Assembly (NCBI GenBank): GCA_039794085.1
Contig: JBDIWC010000013.1
Location: 20,401-84,400, forward strand
Reading direction: 5' to 3'
Length of the DNA stretch: 64,000 nt
Origin: Gemmatimonadales bacterium
GTDB lineage: Bacteria > Gemmatimonadota > Gemmatimonadetes > Gemmatimonadales > GWC2-71-9
In this document: positions 43,156 through 53,022 of the stretch, one piece after another
Layout of the letters: every line of letters starts with the position of its first letter
Numbering within the stretch: the stretch's first letter is position 1
Made by a program: the position numbers and the translations under genes
Notes under the pieces: generated by a model
Database searches by the model: none
What the model saw: the letters and a program-made list of their open reading frames with translations, nothing else
What the model was told of the DNA's origin: nothing

Positions 43156-44309
43156 TGAAAACACGATTGTCCACGTACCCCGGCCTGTGGACCGCGGTCA
43201 GTGCTGCGTTGGTTCTCACTTCCTGCCAGGACCAGCGGAGTGACCCCGCGCCCTGGCGGGACGCCCCCCAACCGAATGTCGTCATCGAAAGCCAGAGCGA
43301 CCCCGACTACCAATTCGTCCGAATCGAGTCCGCCCTCCCACTGGGTGACACGCTCCTCGTCGTGGCCGATGCCAGGCGTCCCGAGCTCCGCGTGTTCCGG
43401 CGACGAGACGGTGCTCTGCTGCATACCATGGGCCGTGAGGGAGGCGGACCAGGCGAGTTTCGTCGCATCGCCACCGTGTTTCTGATCGGCGACACCATCG
43501 CGACCTGGGACGGGTCCCTTCGCCGCATCACCCTGCACGATGGCTCGGGCCGGCTCCTGGGCTCCATCCCGGTCAGAGCCGCTGGCATGGACGGAGGGGT
43601 ACAGATCAAGGGCCGACTCTCCGACGGCCGCTGGGTCTGGACCAGAACGTCGCTTCTTTCGTGGAACTTTGGACCAGGGATATTCCGCGACACGACCAGG
43701 GTCGGCTTTCTTCCCTTCCCGGGGAAAGGTGACTTGACCGAAATCACTCGATTTCCCGGTCTCCACCTCTATGCCCGGATGCCGGAAGGCCGCAAGGAAG
43801 AATGGCGGGTGGGACCCTCCATCCTTTCCCCCGACTCTCGCACCGTGGTGTGGCGGGACACGCTCATCATCGGTGACACCGGCGATTCCGTGCTGACTTT
43901 CCTTTCGGTTGACGGCACCGTGACACGGACCATCGATCTTCCCCTCTTTCCCTCCCCCGTCTCTACCGACGCGATCGATGAGTATCGCCGCGACTCCCAG
44001 ACCCGCGATCGAAGCGAGGCTGGTCGTCTCTACGTGGAGGAACTCCTGCAAGCAGCGTCCAACGCCCCTCGGGGACGAATCTGGGAAAACCTTCTCGTGG
44101 ACCATGACAGCGGGGACCTCTGGGTCGGTCTCCACGCGCCGACCCGCATCTCACCGGCCCGGTACCTCCATCTTGCCCCCGACGGCACTGTCCTGTCGCG
44201 CTGGCAATTCCCTCCCCGCACCCGGCTGCTGGCCGCGCGGGCGTCGTGGTGGATCGTCGCCCTTGTGGACGAGGATGACGTGGAAGCCCTTGGCATCATC
44301 GAGCGGTAG
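43155..44309 (+). CDS. Six-bladed beta-propeller lipoprotein
   Basis: LTSC lipobox; MGREGGGPGEF; VDEDDVE; start overlaps the kinase stop. Confidence 0.8.
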   Translation: MKTRLSTYPGLWTAVSAALVLTSCQDQRSDPAPWRDAPQPNVVIESQSDPDYQFVRIESALPLGDTLLVVADARRPELRVFRRRDGALLHTMGREGGGPGEFRRIATVFLIGDTIATWDGSLRRITLHDGSGRLLGSIPVRAAGMDGGVQIKGRLSDGRWVWTRTSLLSWNFGPGIFRDTTRVGFLPFPGKGDLTEITRFPGLHLYARMPEGRKEEWRVGPSILSPDSRTVVWRDTLIIGDTGDSVLTFLSVDGTVTRTIDLPLFPSPVSTDAIDEYRRDSQTRDRSEAGRLYVEELLQAASNAPRGRIWENLLVDHDSGDLWVGLHAPTRISPARYLHLAPDGTVLSRWQFPPRTRLLAARASWWIVALVDEDDVEALGIIER

Positions 44310-44312
44310 CAA

Positions 44313-44939
44313 ATGCCTCCCTTTCCCGCGAATATCGACCACCTCATCCTCGGCGCTCCCAACCTCGAAGCCGGAATGGTATTCGTAGCGGAGCGCCTTG
44401 GGATTACTCCGACAATCGGCGGATCGCACCCGCAGTGGGGTACCCGGAACGCCCTGCTCGCTCTGGATGATGGGATCTACTTCGAGATCATCGCGCCCGA
44501 CCCGGCGGCCGGTGGCCCCGACGCCTTCGGCTTCCACGCCTTCCCGGCCCCACGGCTCTTCACCTGGGTCATGCGCGACCCGAACCTCGAAACCCGCCTG
44601 CGTCTCGCCACCCGGCACGGCATCCCGCTCGGCGCCATCCAGCATGGGGGACGCCAGCGCCCCGACGGCTCCACCCTCTCGTGGCGGCTCACCGATCCAC
44701 TCGCCCTGCCTTGCCACGGGCTCGTGCCCTTCTTCATCGATTGGGGAGATTCCCCCCATCCCTCGACCACCGCACCCCGAGCGGGCCGACTTGCCGGCCT
44801 GACGGGATATCACCCCGACCCGGATACGGTCCGCCGCGACCTCGGGCACCTCGGCATCTCCATTCCAGTCGAGGCGCACGCCACGCCCCACCTCGAAGCC
44901 ACGATAGAAGGACTCCGAGGGACCGTCCGCTTCGCCTGA
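44313..44939 (+). CDS. VOC family (Glyoxalase_3-like) protein
   Basis: IDHLIL, GGSHPQWGTRNAL, YFEIIAPD, PFFIDW. Confidence 0.88.
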   Translation: MPPFPANIDHLILGAPNLEAGMVFVAERLGITPTIGGSHPQWGTRNALLALDDGIYFEIIAPDPAAGGPDAFGFHAFPAPRLFTWVMRDPNLETRLRLATRHGIPLGAIQHGGRQRPDGSTLSWRLTDPLALPCHGLVPFFIDWGDSPHPSTTAPRAGRLAGLTGYHPDPDTVRRDLGHLGISIPVEAHATPHLEATIEGLRGTVRFA

Positions 44940-44942
44940 GGC

Positions 44943-45347
44943 TCACGGAAGCAGCAGAGGTGCTCCCTGAAGCGCGACCGCTCCAAAGTGCCCCCGGTCG
45001 AGCGTGGCAATCGCCCGGGCCCGCAGCCGTTCCGCCACCGCCATCACCACCCCATCCACGAGGCCGAAAGCGAGGTCGCGATGACGGCGCGCCAAGTACC
45101 GGGACCGTGCAACGTCCCGCTCGTCGCCCCAGACCACCTCAAACCGTCCCTCGGCGACGTCACCCAGGAACGCAAGTTCCGCGTCCAGACCCACATGCCG
45201 GAGCAGGAGATAGTCCACTTCAGGGAGGATCGCCCACGGAAGGACCCAGGAGGCGGGGTCCTCCTCGAACAGCGAACGGACCGCCTCGTGGTGGTGGTCG
45301 TCGGCGTCGATCAGGGCCAGAAGTGCGCTCGTGTCCGCCACGATCAT
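44943..45347 (-). CDS. vapC: PIN-domain (VapC family) toxin
   Basis: IVADTSAL, ILPEVDY, LVDGVV, TLDRGHF. Confidence 0.9.
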   Translation of the reverse strand: MIVADTSALLALIDADDHHHEAVRSLFEEDPASWVLPWAILPEVDYLLLRHVGLDAELAFLGDVAEGRFEVVWGDERDVARSRYLARRHRDLAFGLVDGVVMAVAERLRARAIATLDRGHFGAVALQGAPLLLP

Positions 45348-45598
45348 GGATTGCGTGGCATCTCCGCCAGAAGATCTTCCGCCCTCTCGCTCAGATCCCC
45401 CCGGCCGCTTCGCCCAGCGCCCACCGAAGCCGGTCGTGCCCCAGTCCCCTTCCGCGCCACATAGAGCGCCACCGCTTCCCGGACCAGATCGGCCGCACTC
45501 CGCCCCTCGGACCGCGCCAGCGCCTTGAGGCGCCGGTAGTCCGACGAAACGAGATAGACCGTGGTCTTCTCAACTGGGCGTTCGCCGAGTTCATCCAT
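45344..45598 (-). CDS. CopG/RHH antitoxin
   Basis: KTTVYL..LKALARSEGRSAADLVREAV; ATGA overlap with the toxin. Confidence 0.85.
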   Translation of the reverse strand: MDELGERPVEKTTVYLVSSDYRRLKALARSEGRSAADLVREAVALYVARKGTGARPASVGAGRSGRGDLSERAEDLLAEMPRNP

Positions 45599-45605
45599 GG
45601 GTGGT

Positions 45606-45634
45606 ACCATAGCTGGCACGCTCTTGGTTGTCAA
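45606..45634 (-). promoter_or_regulatory. Sigma70 promoter of TA operon 2 (leaderless)
   Basis: TTGACA-17 nt-TATGGT-7 nt-ATG. Confidence 0.75.
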
Positions 45635-45776
45635 CCCGTCCCTGGCCGGACGGCTCTTCTCCCGGCGAGCTTCCCCCCCACCGCCCGGGCGACCTCCCAG
45701 GCTCCCCACTGATATCGACCATCCGGGGCGCACACTCTGAAACGAGGAGGATCACCGGGTTCGCCGGGAGGTGGCC

Positions 45777-46604
45777 TCAGGTCGTCGCTTCCCGACCCAC
45801 TCCGAGTCGCTTCAGCAACAGCGCCACGGCGAGCAACACCCCGAACGCGACCACAATCAGGGGGCCGGTGGGGAGGTCGTACTCGAACGAGACGATCAAC
45901 CCGCCGGCGGACGCGATGAGCCCCGAGGCCCAGGAGAGGAGAGCCAAGGTCCGCTGGTGAGTGGAGAACTGGAAGGCGATGGCGGCGGGAACCACGAGAA
46001 ACGAGAACACGAGCAACACGCCGGCAATCGGGACGCTGAAGGTGATCACGAGACCGAACGAGAGATAGAAGAGGAAGTCCCACCACCGGATGCTCCAGCC
46101 GTGCGACAGGGCGGTTTCCGGGGAGAAGGAGATGGTGAGAAATCGCCGTCGGAGCAGCACATGGAAGAGACCGACCGCGGCGTAGATGATGGCGAGCCGG
46201 ATGATCGTGGGCCAGGTGACCCACAGGATGCTGCCCACCAGAATGTCCTTGATGGCCTCTCCCCCGCGCGGAGACTGATCGGCCACCAGGATCGCGGCCG
46301 CCGAACTCACCACATACACGATACCGATGATCGCCTCCTGGGGAACCCGCCCGTGCTCCTTCGTGCGGCTCAGCGCAAAGAGCGCCGCCCCGAGAGTGGT
46401 GAAACCAAGTGCGTACACAAACGAGGTTGTTGAGTCCGGGGACGCGCCGGCCAGGATGCCCACCGTTGACCCCAGCGCGGCCATCTGTGCCAACGAGAGG
46501 TCCACGAAGATCACCTCCCGCGCGATCACATGCAGCCCCAGGTAGGAGTGAATGGCCACGATCACCAGGCAGGCGGCCAGCGGCGGGAGCATCAGTTCAA
46601 GCAT
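45777..46604 (-). CDS. Metal (Zn/Mn/Fe) ABC transporter permease, ABC-3 family
   Basis: IFVDLSLAQ, DILVGSILW, GVLLVFSFLVVPA, DLPTGPLIV. Confidence 0.9.
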   Translation of the reverse strand: MLELMLPPLAACLVIVAIHSYLGLHVIAREVIFVDLSLAQMAALGSTVGILAGASPDSTTSFVYALGFTTLGAALFALSRTKEHGRVPQEAIIGIVYVVSSAAAILVADQSPRGGEAIKDILVGSILWVTWPTIIRLAIIYAAVGLFHVLLRRRFLTISFSPETALSHGWSIRWWDFLFYLSFGLVITFSVPIAGVLLVFSFLVVPAAIAFQFSTHQRTLALLSWASGLIASAGGLIVSFEYDLPTGPLIVVAFGVLLAVALLLKRLGVGREATT

Positions 46605-46615
46605 GGGCCGAACTC

Positions 46616-47644
46616 CTAGCGATAGACGGCGGTGAGCGCCGACATCCAGAGGTTCATGAGATCGAAGTAGGTGTCGACGCCGGGAGCCCCACCCGTGTTT
46701 TCCGGCACCACCACCGCGGTAGCCCCGGTCCGGGCCGCCACCTGGTCGATCTGGTTCCGGCTGAAGTAGTTCGAGGCAAAGAGCGCCGGGACGTGTTTTT
46801 CCTTCATCAGCGCAATCACTTCCTGGACATGCCCCGGAGTGGGAGGGATTCCCGGCTTGGCCTCAATGAAGGCGATGCAGGGGATCTGGTATCGCCTGGT
46901 GAAATAGGCCCATTCCTTGTGATAGCAGGCCATTTCCTTGCCCTTGAGAACCTTCCCTTGCTGAAGCCACCCGCCGAGCCTTGCCTCCAACGGCTTTCCC
47001 TCGAACGGGGTTCGCGCCAGGAAGGCATCGAGCTGCCCGCTCCTGGTCAGGGTGAACGCGGTGGCGGGCGTGAGGATCCGAACCAGCTCCGGTCCCAGAA
47101 GAGCCTCGAGCACCCGGCGCTCGAAGTCCCCCTGCCGTTCCCTGAAGTACGCGGCATTTTCTGGAGACACCCGCGTGAGACCCACGAGAATATTCCGTGA
47201 GATGAGGATCGCATTGATCGGATCGGTGTGGATGTGGGGATTGCCGGAGACGTGGATGTCCCCCGCCGACCGGCTGACGGAGGTCGGCACCTCCATCAGG
47301 TCGATCCCGGTGTACGCCGTGACATAGCCCGGCCCCCCTTCGGACACCTTCCGGTTGTTCGCGCGGTCGAGCAGGGCCGGCACCCACAGTTCCAGGTCAA
47401 GCCCGGTGGTGACGAACAGGTCCGCGCCCCGAAGGAGCGACACGAAACTTGGCTTCGGTTGGACGAAATGAGGATCCTCGTCTCCCTGAGCGATCGAGAC
47501 AACGGTTCCCCGGTCCCCCACCAGCTCCCGCGCGATCGCTCCGTAGGTGGTGAGACTCGTCACCACCTTCACCGGAGCGGCGGTCGGCGTCGCCGGGCCC
47601 AGGAGGGCCAGGAGGATCGGCAAGAAGAAATGCGTCATGGTCAT
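46616..47644 (-). CDS. Metal ABC transporter substrate-binding protein (ZnuA/TroA cluster A-I)
   Basis: KVVTS, EDPHF, TGLDLE, GNPHI, YHKEWAYF, EAKPGIPPTPGH. Confidence 0.9.
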   Translation of the reverse strand: MTMTHFFLPILLALLGPATPTAAPVKVVTSLTTYGAIARELVGDRGTVVSIAQGDEDPHFVQPKPSFVSLLRGADLFVTTGLDLELWVPALLDRANNRKVSEGGPGYVTAYTGIDLMEVPTSVSRSAGDIHVSGNPHIHTDPINAILISRNILVGLTRVSPENAAYFRERQGDFERRVLEALLGPELVRILTPATAFTLTRSGQLDAFLARTPFEGKPLEARLGGWLQQGKVLKGKEMACYHKEWAYFTRRYQIPCIAFIEAKPGIPPTPGHVQEVIALMKEKHVPALFASNYFSRNQIDQVAARTGATAVVVPENTGGAPGVDTYFDLMNLWMSALTAVYR

Positions 47645-47667
47645 GTCCGATCGGCGCGATGCGCCGG

Positions 47668-49065
47668 TTAGTAGTTCTCGTGCTTGTGGGGACCCATGGC
47701 CCAGACGATCTGAAAGGTCATCTGGTCGAGGTTCTGTCCCGTCATGCGATGCCGTTGCCCCTCCAGCCGGAGGTAGACAAACTCGCTCTGCCACCACGTC
47801 ACGGCCGGCACCACCGCCCATTCGGAATCAAAGACCCCACGCGGCGACTCCGCGTAGTCGTACCGAAGGCCAAGCACCAGGCGCCGGCTGGTCTTGAACT
47901 GCCCCTCCACGAACGTGCCGTAACGCGTGCTCTTGAAACCATCCTCATGGGCCCGGAGCCGGTATCCCTCGGCACGAATGGTCAGATCCTGCCGGGTCCC
48001 CTTGTTGGGGGGACGGTAGGTGAACCGAACGTCCGCGCCGAGGAGACGGCTCTGGAGTTTGGCATCGGAGTTGTTTCCCGCGGCGCCCGTCATGCCCACC
48101 TGGAAATAGCTGCTGCGGGAGACCTGCCAGAAATTGTTGATGTGTCCGAGCACCGTGAGCTGGCGGCTCGCGCCGAAGAGGGGCTCACTCTCGGCGGAGG
48201 TGCCCTGCACGTACACCTCGTGGGTGCCACCGGCGAGACCGACCGGAAGCGCGGTGTAAAGGGAAAGCCCCACTCCGGTGAGTCCTTCCTCGCCGAGAAA
48301 CCGGCGATAGACCAGCGGGTACTCCGTCTCGGGCAGGCTGTGGAGGTGCCACCGGTTGAGCTCCCCCAGTTGCTGCCGGAACTTGCCGGCATCAACCCGG
48401 ATCTGCCCCGGCAACCCGGTATAGTAGATGTACCCCTCCTCCACCCCGACCTCCTCGTCCTCGAACGTCAGAAAGACCTTGGTGTGGGAGTACGGATCGA
48501 GGTCCGACTGAAAGGCGAATTCGAACTCCCGGGCAACCGCATTGTCCCGGGGGGGATTCTCCCTGCGACGGCCGATGAAACGGAGATCCCCTGTGGCGCT
48601 GATCTCCGGGTTCAGAGCATTGAGCCCCCGCTGACGACCGACGAATTGAACGTCCTCCGGCTTCTCCGGGGTCGAAACATCCGGAGTCCCGGCCGCCCCT
48701 TCCGCCGCGGCGACCGCCGCCGCCCGGAGCTCTGCCAGTTCGTCCCGCGCGGTGTCCGCAACCGCCGCCACCCGCGCCCCTGCGGCAGGAGCCTGGCAGC
48801 GAGCGGCTGCGAGCCGGTCGGTGCGGGACGCCAAGCGGCCCAACGCGACCAACACTGAGTCCATGGCAGGGAGCCCCGTGGGACCGGGAAGCCGAAGGGT
48901 TTCACCGGCCGGGCAGCGCCCCGCCTCCAGGGAATCGAGCCGCGCGCTCAGTTGCGAGATGACCACCTGAAGCGAATCAACCCGAACCGGAACCTGGGCA
49001 TGTGCCACGCTCGCGAGCCCTGGAAGCGACCCGACCAGCATGGCGCTCATCCTCATGACTGACAT
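47668..49065 (-). CDS. Outer membrane beta-barrel associated with metal uptake
   Basis: GGAG RBS; signal peptide; coiled N-terminus; NPEISA, EEGY, NRWHLH, C-terminal MGPHKHENY. Confidence 0.75.
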   Translation of the reverse strand: MSVMRMSAMLVGSLPGLASVAHAQVPVRVDSLQVVISQLSARLDSLEAGRCPAGETLRLPGPTGLPAMDSVLVALGRLASRTDRLAAARCQAPAAGARVAAVADTARDELAELRAAAVAAAEGAAGTPDVSTPEKPEDVQFVGRQRGLNALNPEISATGDLRFIGRRRENPPRDNAVAREFEFAFQSDLDPYSHTKVFLTFEDEEVGVEEGYIYYTGLPGQIRVDAGKFRQQLGELNRWHLHSLPETEYPLVYRRFLGEEGLTGVGLSLYTALPVGLAGGTHEVYVQGTSAESEPLFGASRQLTVLGHINNFWQVSRSSYFQVGMTGAAGNNSDAKLQSRLLGADVRFTYRPPNKGTRQDLTIRAEGYRLRAHEDGFKSTRYGTFVEGQFKTSRRLVLGLRYDYAESPRGVFDSEWAVVPAVTWWQSEFVYLRLEGQRHRMTGQNLDQMTFQIVWAMGPHKHENY

Positions 49066-49138
49066 GGCTTTCTCCAACTCCGTGCCTCCTACCCGCACCC
49101 GAGCGGTGCGAGCAATCACCCGCGTCGTGCAAGCAAAC

Positions 49139-49477
49139 TCAGCGGGGCGGGGCGCGAGGGGCTGCGGTGTGGTTCCGAGGATGGGAACGGAGCGGAGGGC
49201 AGCTCCGTGGCGCATGCGAGGTCGGCCGTGCACCGAGTGGCGTTGTCGCAGCAATGGGGGGGGGGGGCGGTCCGGGGTCCTGAAGCGCCATATCCGCGAC
49301 GCAGCGCTCGGCATGGCAGAGCGCGCCCTGCGATTCAACATGGACAATGCGCTGGCGATCCACCTCGTCCAACCCATGGTACAACAGGGCATCGAGCCCG
49401 GACCGGCCAGGCCCGCCAACCAAGAGGATGGCGAGAAGCAGGAGCGATCGCAGCCTCCGATACCGTGTCGGGTCCAT
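49139..49477 (-). CDS. DUF2946-like leader protein with C-terminal RAPP motif
   Basis: Basic + hydrophobic N-terminus, HVE..CHAERC, Pro-rich linker, ends AAPRAPPR*. Confidence 0.7.
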   Translation of the reverse strand: MDPTRYRRLRSLLLLAILLVGGPGRSGLDALLYHGLDEVDRQRIVHVESQGALCHAERCVADMALQDPGPPPPPIAATTPLGARPTSHAPRSCPPLRSHPRNHTAAPRAPPR

Positions 49478-49685
49478 GTCTTTAACATAGGCGGGGGAAG
49501 TGGAATTCAGCAATGCGAACCGACTTCTCCCCCGCAGCGGTCGTCCAACCCTCCCGAAACCGATATCGTGGGCAGTCCCGGCGGGGCTCGAAGGCACCCA
49601 TTCAATGGGCACCGCCACCCGATCTTCACCCCAATCCCCCAAAGGTGCATCTTTGACCACCACCCCGTCACCCGAGGAGCGTCCC

Positions 49686-50468
49686 GTGGCACCGGATTCC
49701 GTCCCCTTGCGCGAAATCACCGGGTATCTCGATACCCTTCTCCGAATCCAGGACACCCCGGACAGCGCCAACGCCCTGAACGGGCTCCAGGTCGAATGCC
49801 GGCGCCCCGTCGGGCGGATCGTCGCGGCCGTGGATGCGTCCCGGGCCACGATCGAGGGACTGGGTCCCCCGCAGCCGGACCAGCCCTGGTCCGACCTGCT
49901 TCTCGTCCACCACGGACTCTTCTGGGACGGGAACCGCCCCCTCACCGGACGACGATACCAGCGCATTCACGGCCTTTTTCTTCGGGATGCCGCTCTCTAC
50001 AGCGCCCACATCCCGCTTGACGTCCATCCCGAGGTGGGAAACAACGCCGTTCTGGCTCACGACTTGGGGCTCACCGATCTCCAACCCTTTGGCCGTTACC
50101 AGGGGATTCACCTGGGCGTCTCCGGCTCCCTCTCGACCAACCGCGACGCACTGGCGCGCACGCTCGAGTCCCACCTCCACACGCGGGTTCACGTCATCCC
50201 CGGGGGACCGGCTGAGCTCCGCAGGGTGGCCATCGTGACGGGCGCTGCTGCGGGCTACGTGGACGAAGCCCGCGCCTCCGGCTGCGACACCCTGATCACC
50301 GGCGAGGGAATGCACCACACCCACTTTGATGCGATGGAGGCGGGGGTCAACGTCCTCTTCGCCGGCCACTATGCCACGGAACAGGTGGGAGTGAAGGCGC
50401 TGGCGGAGCGGTTGTCGAACCACACCGGGATTCCCTGGACCTTCCACGACCACCCCACCGGCCTCTGA
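49686..50468 (+). CDS. Nif3-like dinuclear metal centre protein (YbgI family)
   Basis: GAGGAG RBS; NGLQVE, LVHHGLFW, HIPLDVHPEVGNN, ITGE, AGHYATE. Confidence 0.92.
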   Translation: MAPDSVPLREITGYLDTLLRIQDTPDSANALNGLQVECRRPVGRIVAAVDASRATIEGLGPPQPDQPWSDLLLVHHGLFWDGNRPLTGRRYQRIHGLFLRDAALYSAHIPLDVHPEVGNNAVLAHDLGLTDLQPFGRYQGIHLGVSGSLSTNRDALARTLESHLHTRVHVIPGGPAELRRVAIVTGAAAGYVDEARASGCDTLITGEGMHHTHFDAMEAGVNVLFAGHYATEQVGVKALAERLSNHTGIPWTFHDHPTGL

Positions 50469-51988
50469 TTTCCGCGCCCGCTCCCACCGATCCAACCGGA
50501 GGCATCGTCCTTCACCTCCGCGGCGTGACCCGGAGGTTCGGTTCCGTCCTGGCCCTGCGCGGGGTCGAGTTCCTCCTGCGGGCCGGTGAGGTCCACGCCC
50601 TCCTCGGGGAGAACGGTGCGGGGAAGTCGACCCTGATGCACATTGCCGCCGGGCTCATTCGGCCTGATGCGGGCACTATCGACGTTCACGGTCGGCCAAC
50701 CGACCTGCGCTCCCCCCGGGATGCCCGACGCGCCGGAATCGGCATGGTCCACCAACACTTCACCACCGTTCAGGCCCTGACCGTCGCAGAGAACCTGGCC
50801 CTCGCACGGGGTGTGGCCCCCGGAGAGTGGAACCGGGGAGCGGTCCTGTCACACCCGTTGATCCAGCGCTTGCAGCAGGGTTTGAGCCCCCACCGGCTGG
50901 TGAAGTCGCTCTCGGTGGGGGAGAAGCAACGCCTGGAGATCCTCAAGGCCCTGGTGGGTGGCCAGCGGATTCTCCTCCTCGACGAGCCCACGGCCGTCCT
51001 CGCTCCGGCGGAGACCGAAGAGCTCATCGCCTGGAGCAAGGCGTTCGTCGCCGAGGGGGGGAGCGTCGTGTTCATCACCCACAAGCTCGACGAAGCCCGC
51101 GCCGCCGCCGGCCGCGTCACCGTCCTCCGGGACGGATCCGTCCGCCTCTCCGGACCCATCTCGGATCATTCGGACCAGGATCTCGCTGCGGCGATGATCG
51201 GTGTACAAGAACCGGACTCTGATTCTGTTATATATTCCAAGTCACTGTCCCACAGAGAATTGCGTGTGGCCTTCAAGAACCTCAGATTCTCAGGTCACCT
51301 GCAGACCGTTCCTCGACCAAACGACACCGACACCGCATTTCACGTCAGGGAGGGAGAAATCGTCGGGATCGCGGCAGTCGAAGGGAGCGGACAACGGGAG
51401 CTGATGCACACCATCGCCGGCCTCATCGCCCCCGCTGAGGGGAGCGGAGAGTTGGAGGTCGCCGGCCCCGTGGCTCTCGTCCCCGAGGATCGGACCACCG
51501 AGGCACTGATCCTTGACCACTCCCTCGTCGAGAACCTGGTCCTCGCATCGGGTGCCGACGCACCGTGGATTCGATCGTGGGGACGGATCTCCTGGGACGA
51601 GGCCCGCGAGGCCACCCGGCGGCTCCTTCAGGAGTTCGACGTTCGGGCTCCGGGGCCGGACACTCCTGCCCGGGCACTGAGTGGGGGAAATCAGCAGAAG
51701 TTCGTGATGGGCCGAGCCCTCTCCCAGAGACCCCGTGTCCTGGTCGCCGAGAACCCGACCCGCGGTCTCGACCTCCACGCCACAACAGCCATCCATGCCA
51801 GGCTCCGGCTGGCCGCGGCGGAAGGCGCCGCAGTGATCTTCCACTCGGCGGACCTCGATGAGGTACTCGAACTGGCGGACCGCATCTGGGTCGTGGCCCG
51901 AGGACGGATAACCGAGGCACCTTCCCGGGACCGGGAGGCGATCGGTCAGATGATGCTGGGTGTTCCCGGTGCGTGGGGTGAGCCGTGA
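50465..51988 (+). CDS. ABC transporter ATP-binding protein with two NBDs (nucleoside/sugar type); start uncertain
   Basis: GENGAGKS, MVHQHF, LLLDEPT, ITHKL, LSGGNQQK, ENPTRGLD. Confidence 0.9.
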   Translation: MISAPAPTDPTGGIVLHLRGVTRRFGSVLALRGVEFLLRAGEVHALLGENGAGKSTLMHIAAGLIRPDAGTIDVHGRPTDLRSPRDARRAGIGMVHQHFTTVQALTVAENLALARGVAPGEWNRGAVLSHPLIQRLQQGLSPHRLVKSLSVGEKQRLEILKALVGGQRILLLDEPTAVLAPAETEELIAWSKAFVAEGGSVVFITHKLDEARAAAGRVTVLRDGSVRLSGPISDHSDQDLAAAMIGVQEPDSDSVIYSKSLSHRELRVAFKNLRFSGHLQTVPRPNDTDTAFHVREGEIVGIAAVEGSGQRELMHTIAGLIAPAEGSGELEVAGPVALVPEDRTTEALILDHSLVENLVLASGADAPWIRSWGRISWDEAREATRRLLQEFDVRAPGPDTPARALSGGNQQKFVMGRALSQRPRVLVAENPTRGLDLHATTAIHARLRLAAAEGAAVIFHSADLDEVLELADRIWVVARGRITEAPSRDREAIGQMMLGVPGAWGEP

Positions 51989-53022
51989 ACCGCCGGGGCG
52001 CGCTCCTGATCCAGACCTTCCTTACTCTCCTTCTCGGGTTCGGTGTGATGGCACTGGGGATTTCTCTGGCGGGTCATGACGCGGGTCTGGCACTCGGGGC
52101 CATGTTCCGAGGTGCGCTCGGCTCGTGGTTCGCCTTGACCTCCGCCACACTCCCGAGAAGTGTCCCCCTCATCATTCTCGGGTTGGGGTTCGCGCTTGCC
52201 TTCCGAGCGGGGGCGTTCAACATCGGTGGCGAAGGCCAGTTTCTGGCGGGGGCCATCGCGGCCACCTGGGTGGGGTTGTCCGCGGGCTCCCTCCCCCCGG
52301 TGGTGGCCATTCCGTCCCTCCTCGGCGCCGCGTCCGTGGTGGGGATGCTCTGGATCGCCATCCCCGTCTGGCTCCGGGCCCGGTTCGGGGTCCTCGAGGT
52401 CATCAGCACCCTGCTGCTCAACTTCGTCGCGGCCGCGCTCGTGAGTTACGTGGTTCAGGGTCCCCTGCAGGAGCCTCTCGGGATCTACCCCCAGAGCGAC
52501 CTGATCGCCACCAGCGCCCGTCTTCCTCTCCTTCCCGGCACTCGCCTGCACGGGGGATTCCTGATGGCCCTGGCCTTGGCGGGCGTGGGGGCATGGTTCT
52601 TTTCCCGAACGATCTGGGGCTTCCGCTTGAGAGCGGTCGGTGATGGACCGCGGGCGGCGCGGATCACCGGACGGATCAAGGCCGATCGGCTGTCGGCCGT
52701 CGCGCTCCTGCTCTCCGGCGCCATCGCGGGACTGGCCGGAGGCATCGAGATTGCCGGAGTCACCCGAGCCCTCTTTCAGAACCTGTCACCGGGATACGGA
52801 TTCACCGCGATTGCCGTGGCCCTCCTCGCACGGGGCCATCCGATCGGGATCCTCGGGAGCGGACTCCTGTTCGGAGCCCTGGCGGCCGGCGCGGGTGCCA
52901 TGCAGCGTGAGGCCGGTGTCCCGGCCGTCGCCGTGCACGTCGTGGAGGCCGTGGTCATCGTGACGGTTCTCCTCGCCGACCGGGTGACCCGGTCGCGCCG
53001 GGCGGAGGCGTCCAGTGCCTGA
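51985..53022 (+). CDS. ABC transporter permease (nucleoside type, BPD_transp_2)
   Basis: FNIGGEGQ, EVISTLLLNFV, GYGFTAIAVALL. Confidence 0.9.
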   Translation: MNRRGALLIQTFLTLLLGFGVMALGISLAGHDAGLALGAMFRGALGSWFALTSATLPRSVPLIILGLGFALAFRAGAFNIGGEGQFLAGAIAATWVGLSAGSLPPVVAIPSLLGAASVVGMLWIAIPVWLRARFGVLEVISTLLLNFVAAALVSYVVQGPLQEPLGIYPQSDLIATSARLPLLPGTRLHGGFLMALALAGVGAWFFSRTIWGFRLRAVGDGPRAARITGRIKADRLSAVALLLSGAIAGLAGGIEIAGVTRALFQNLSPGYGFTAIAVALLARGHPIGILGSGLLFGALAAGAGAMQREAGVPAVAVHVVEAVVIVTVLLADRVTRSRRAEASSA

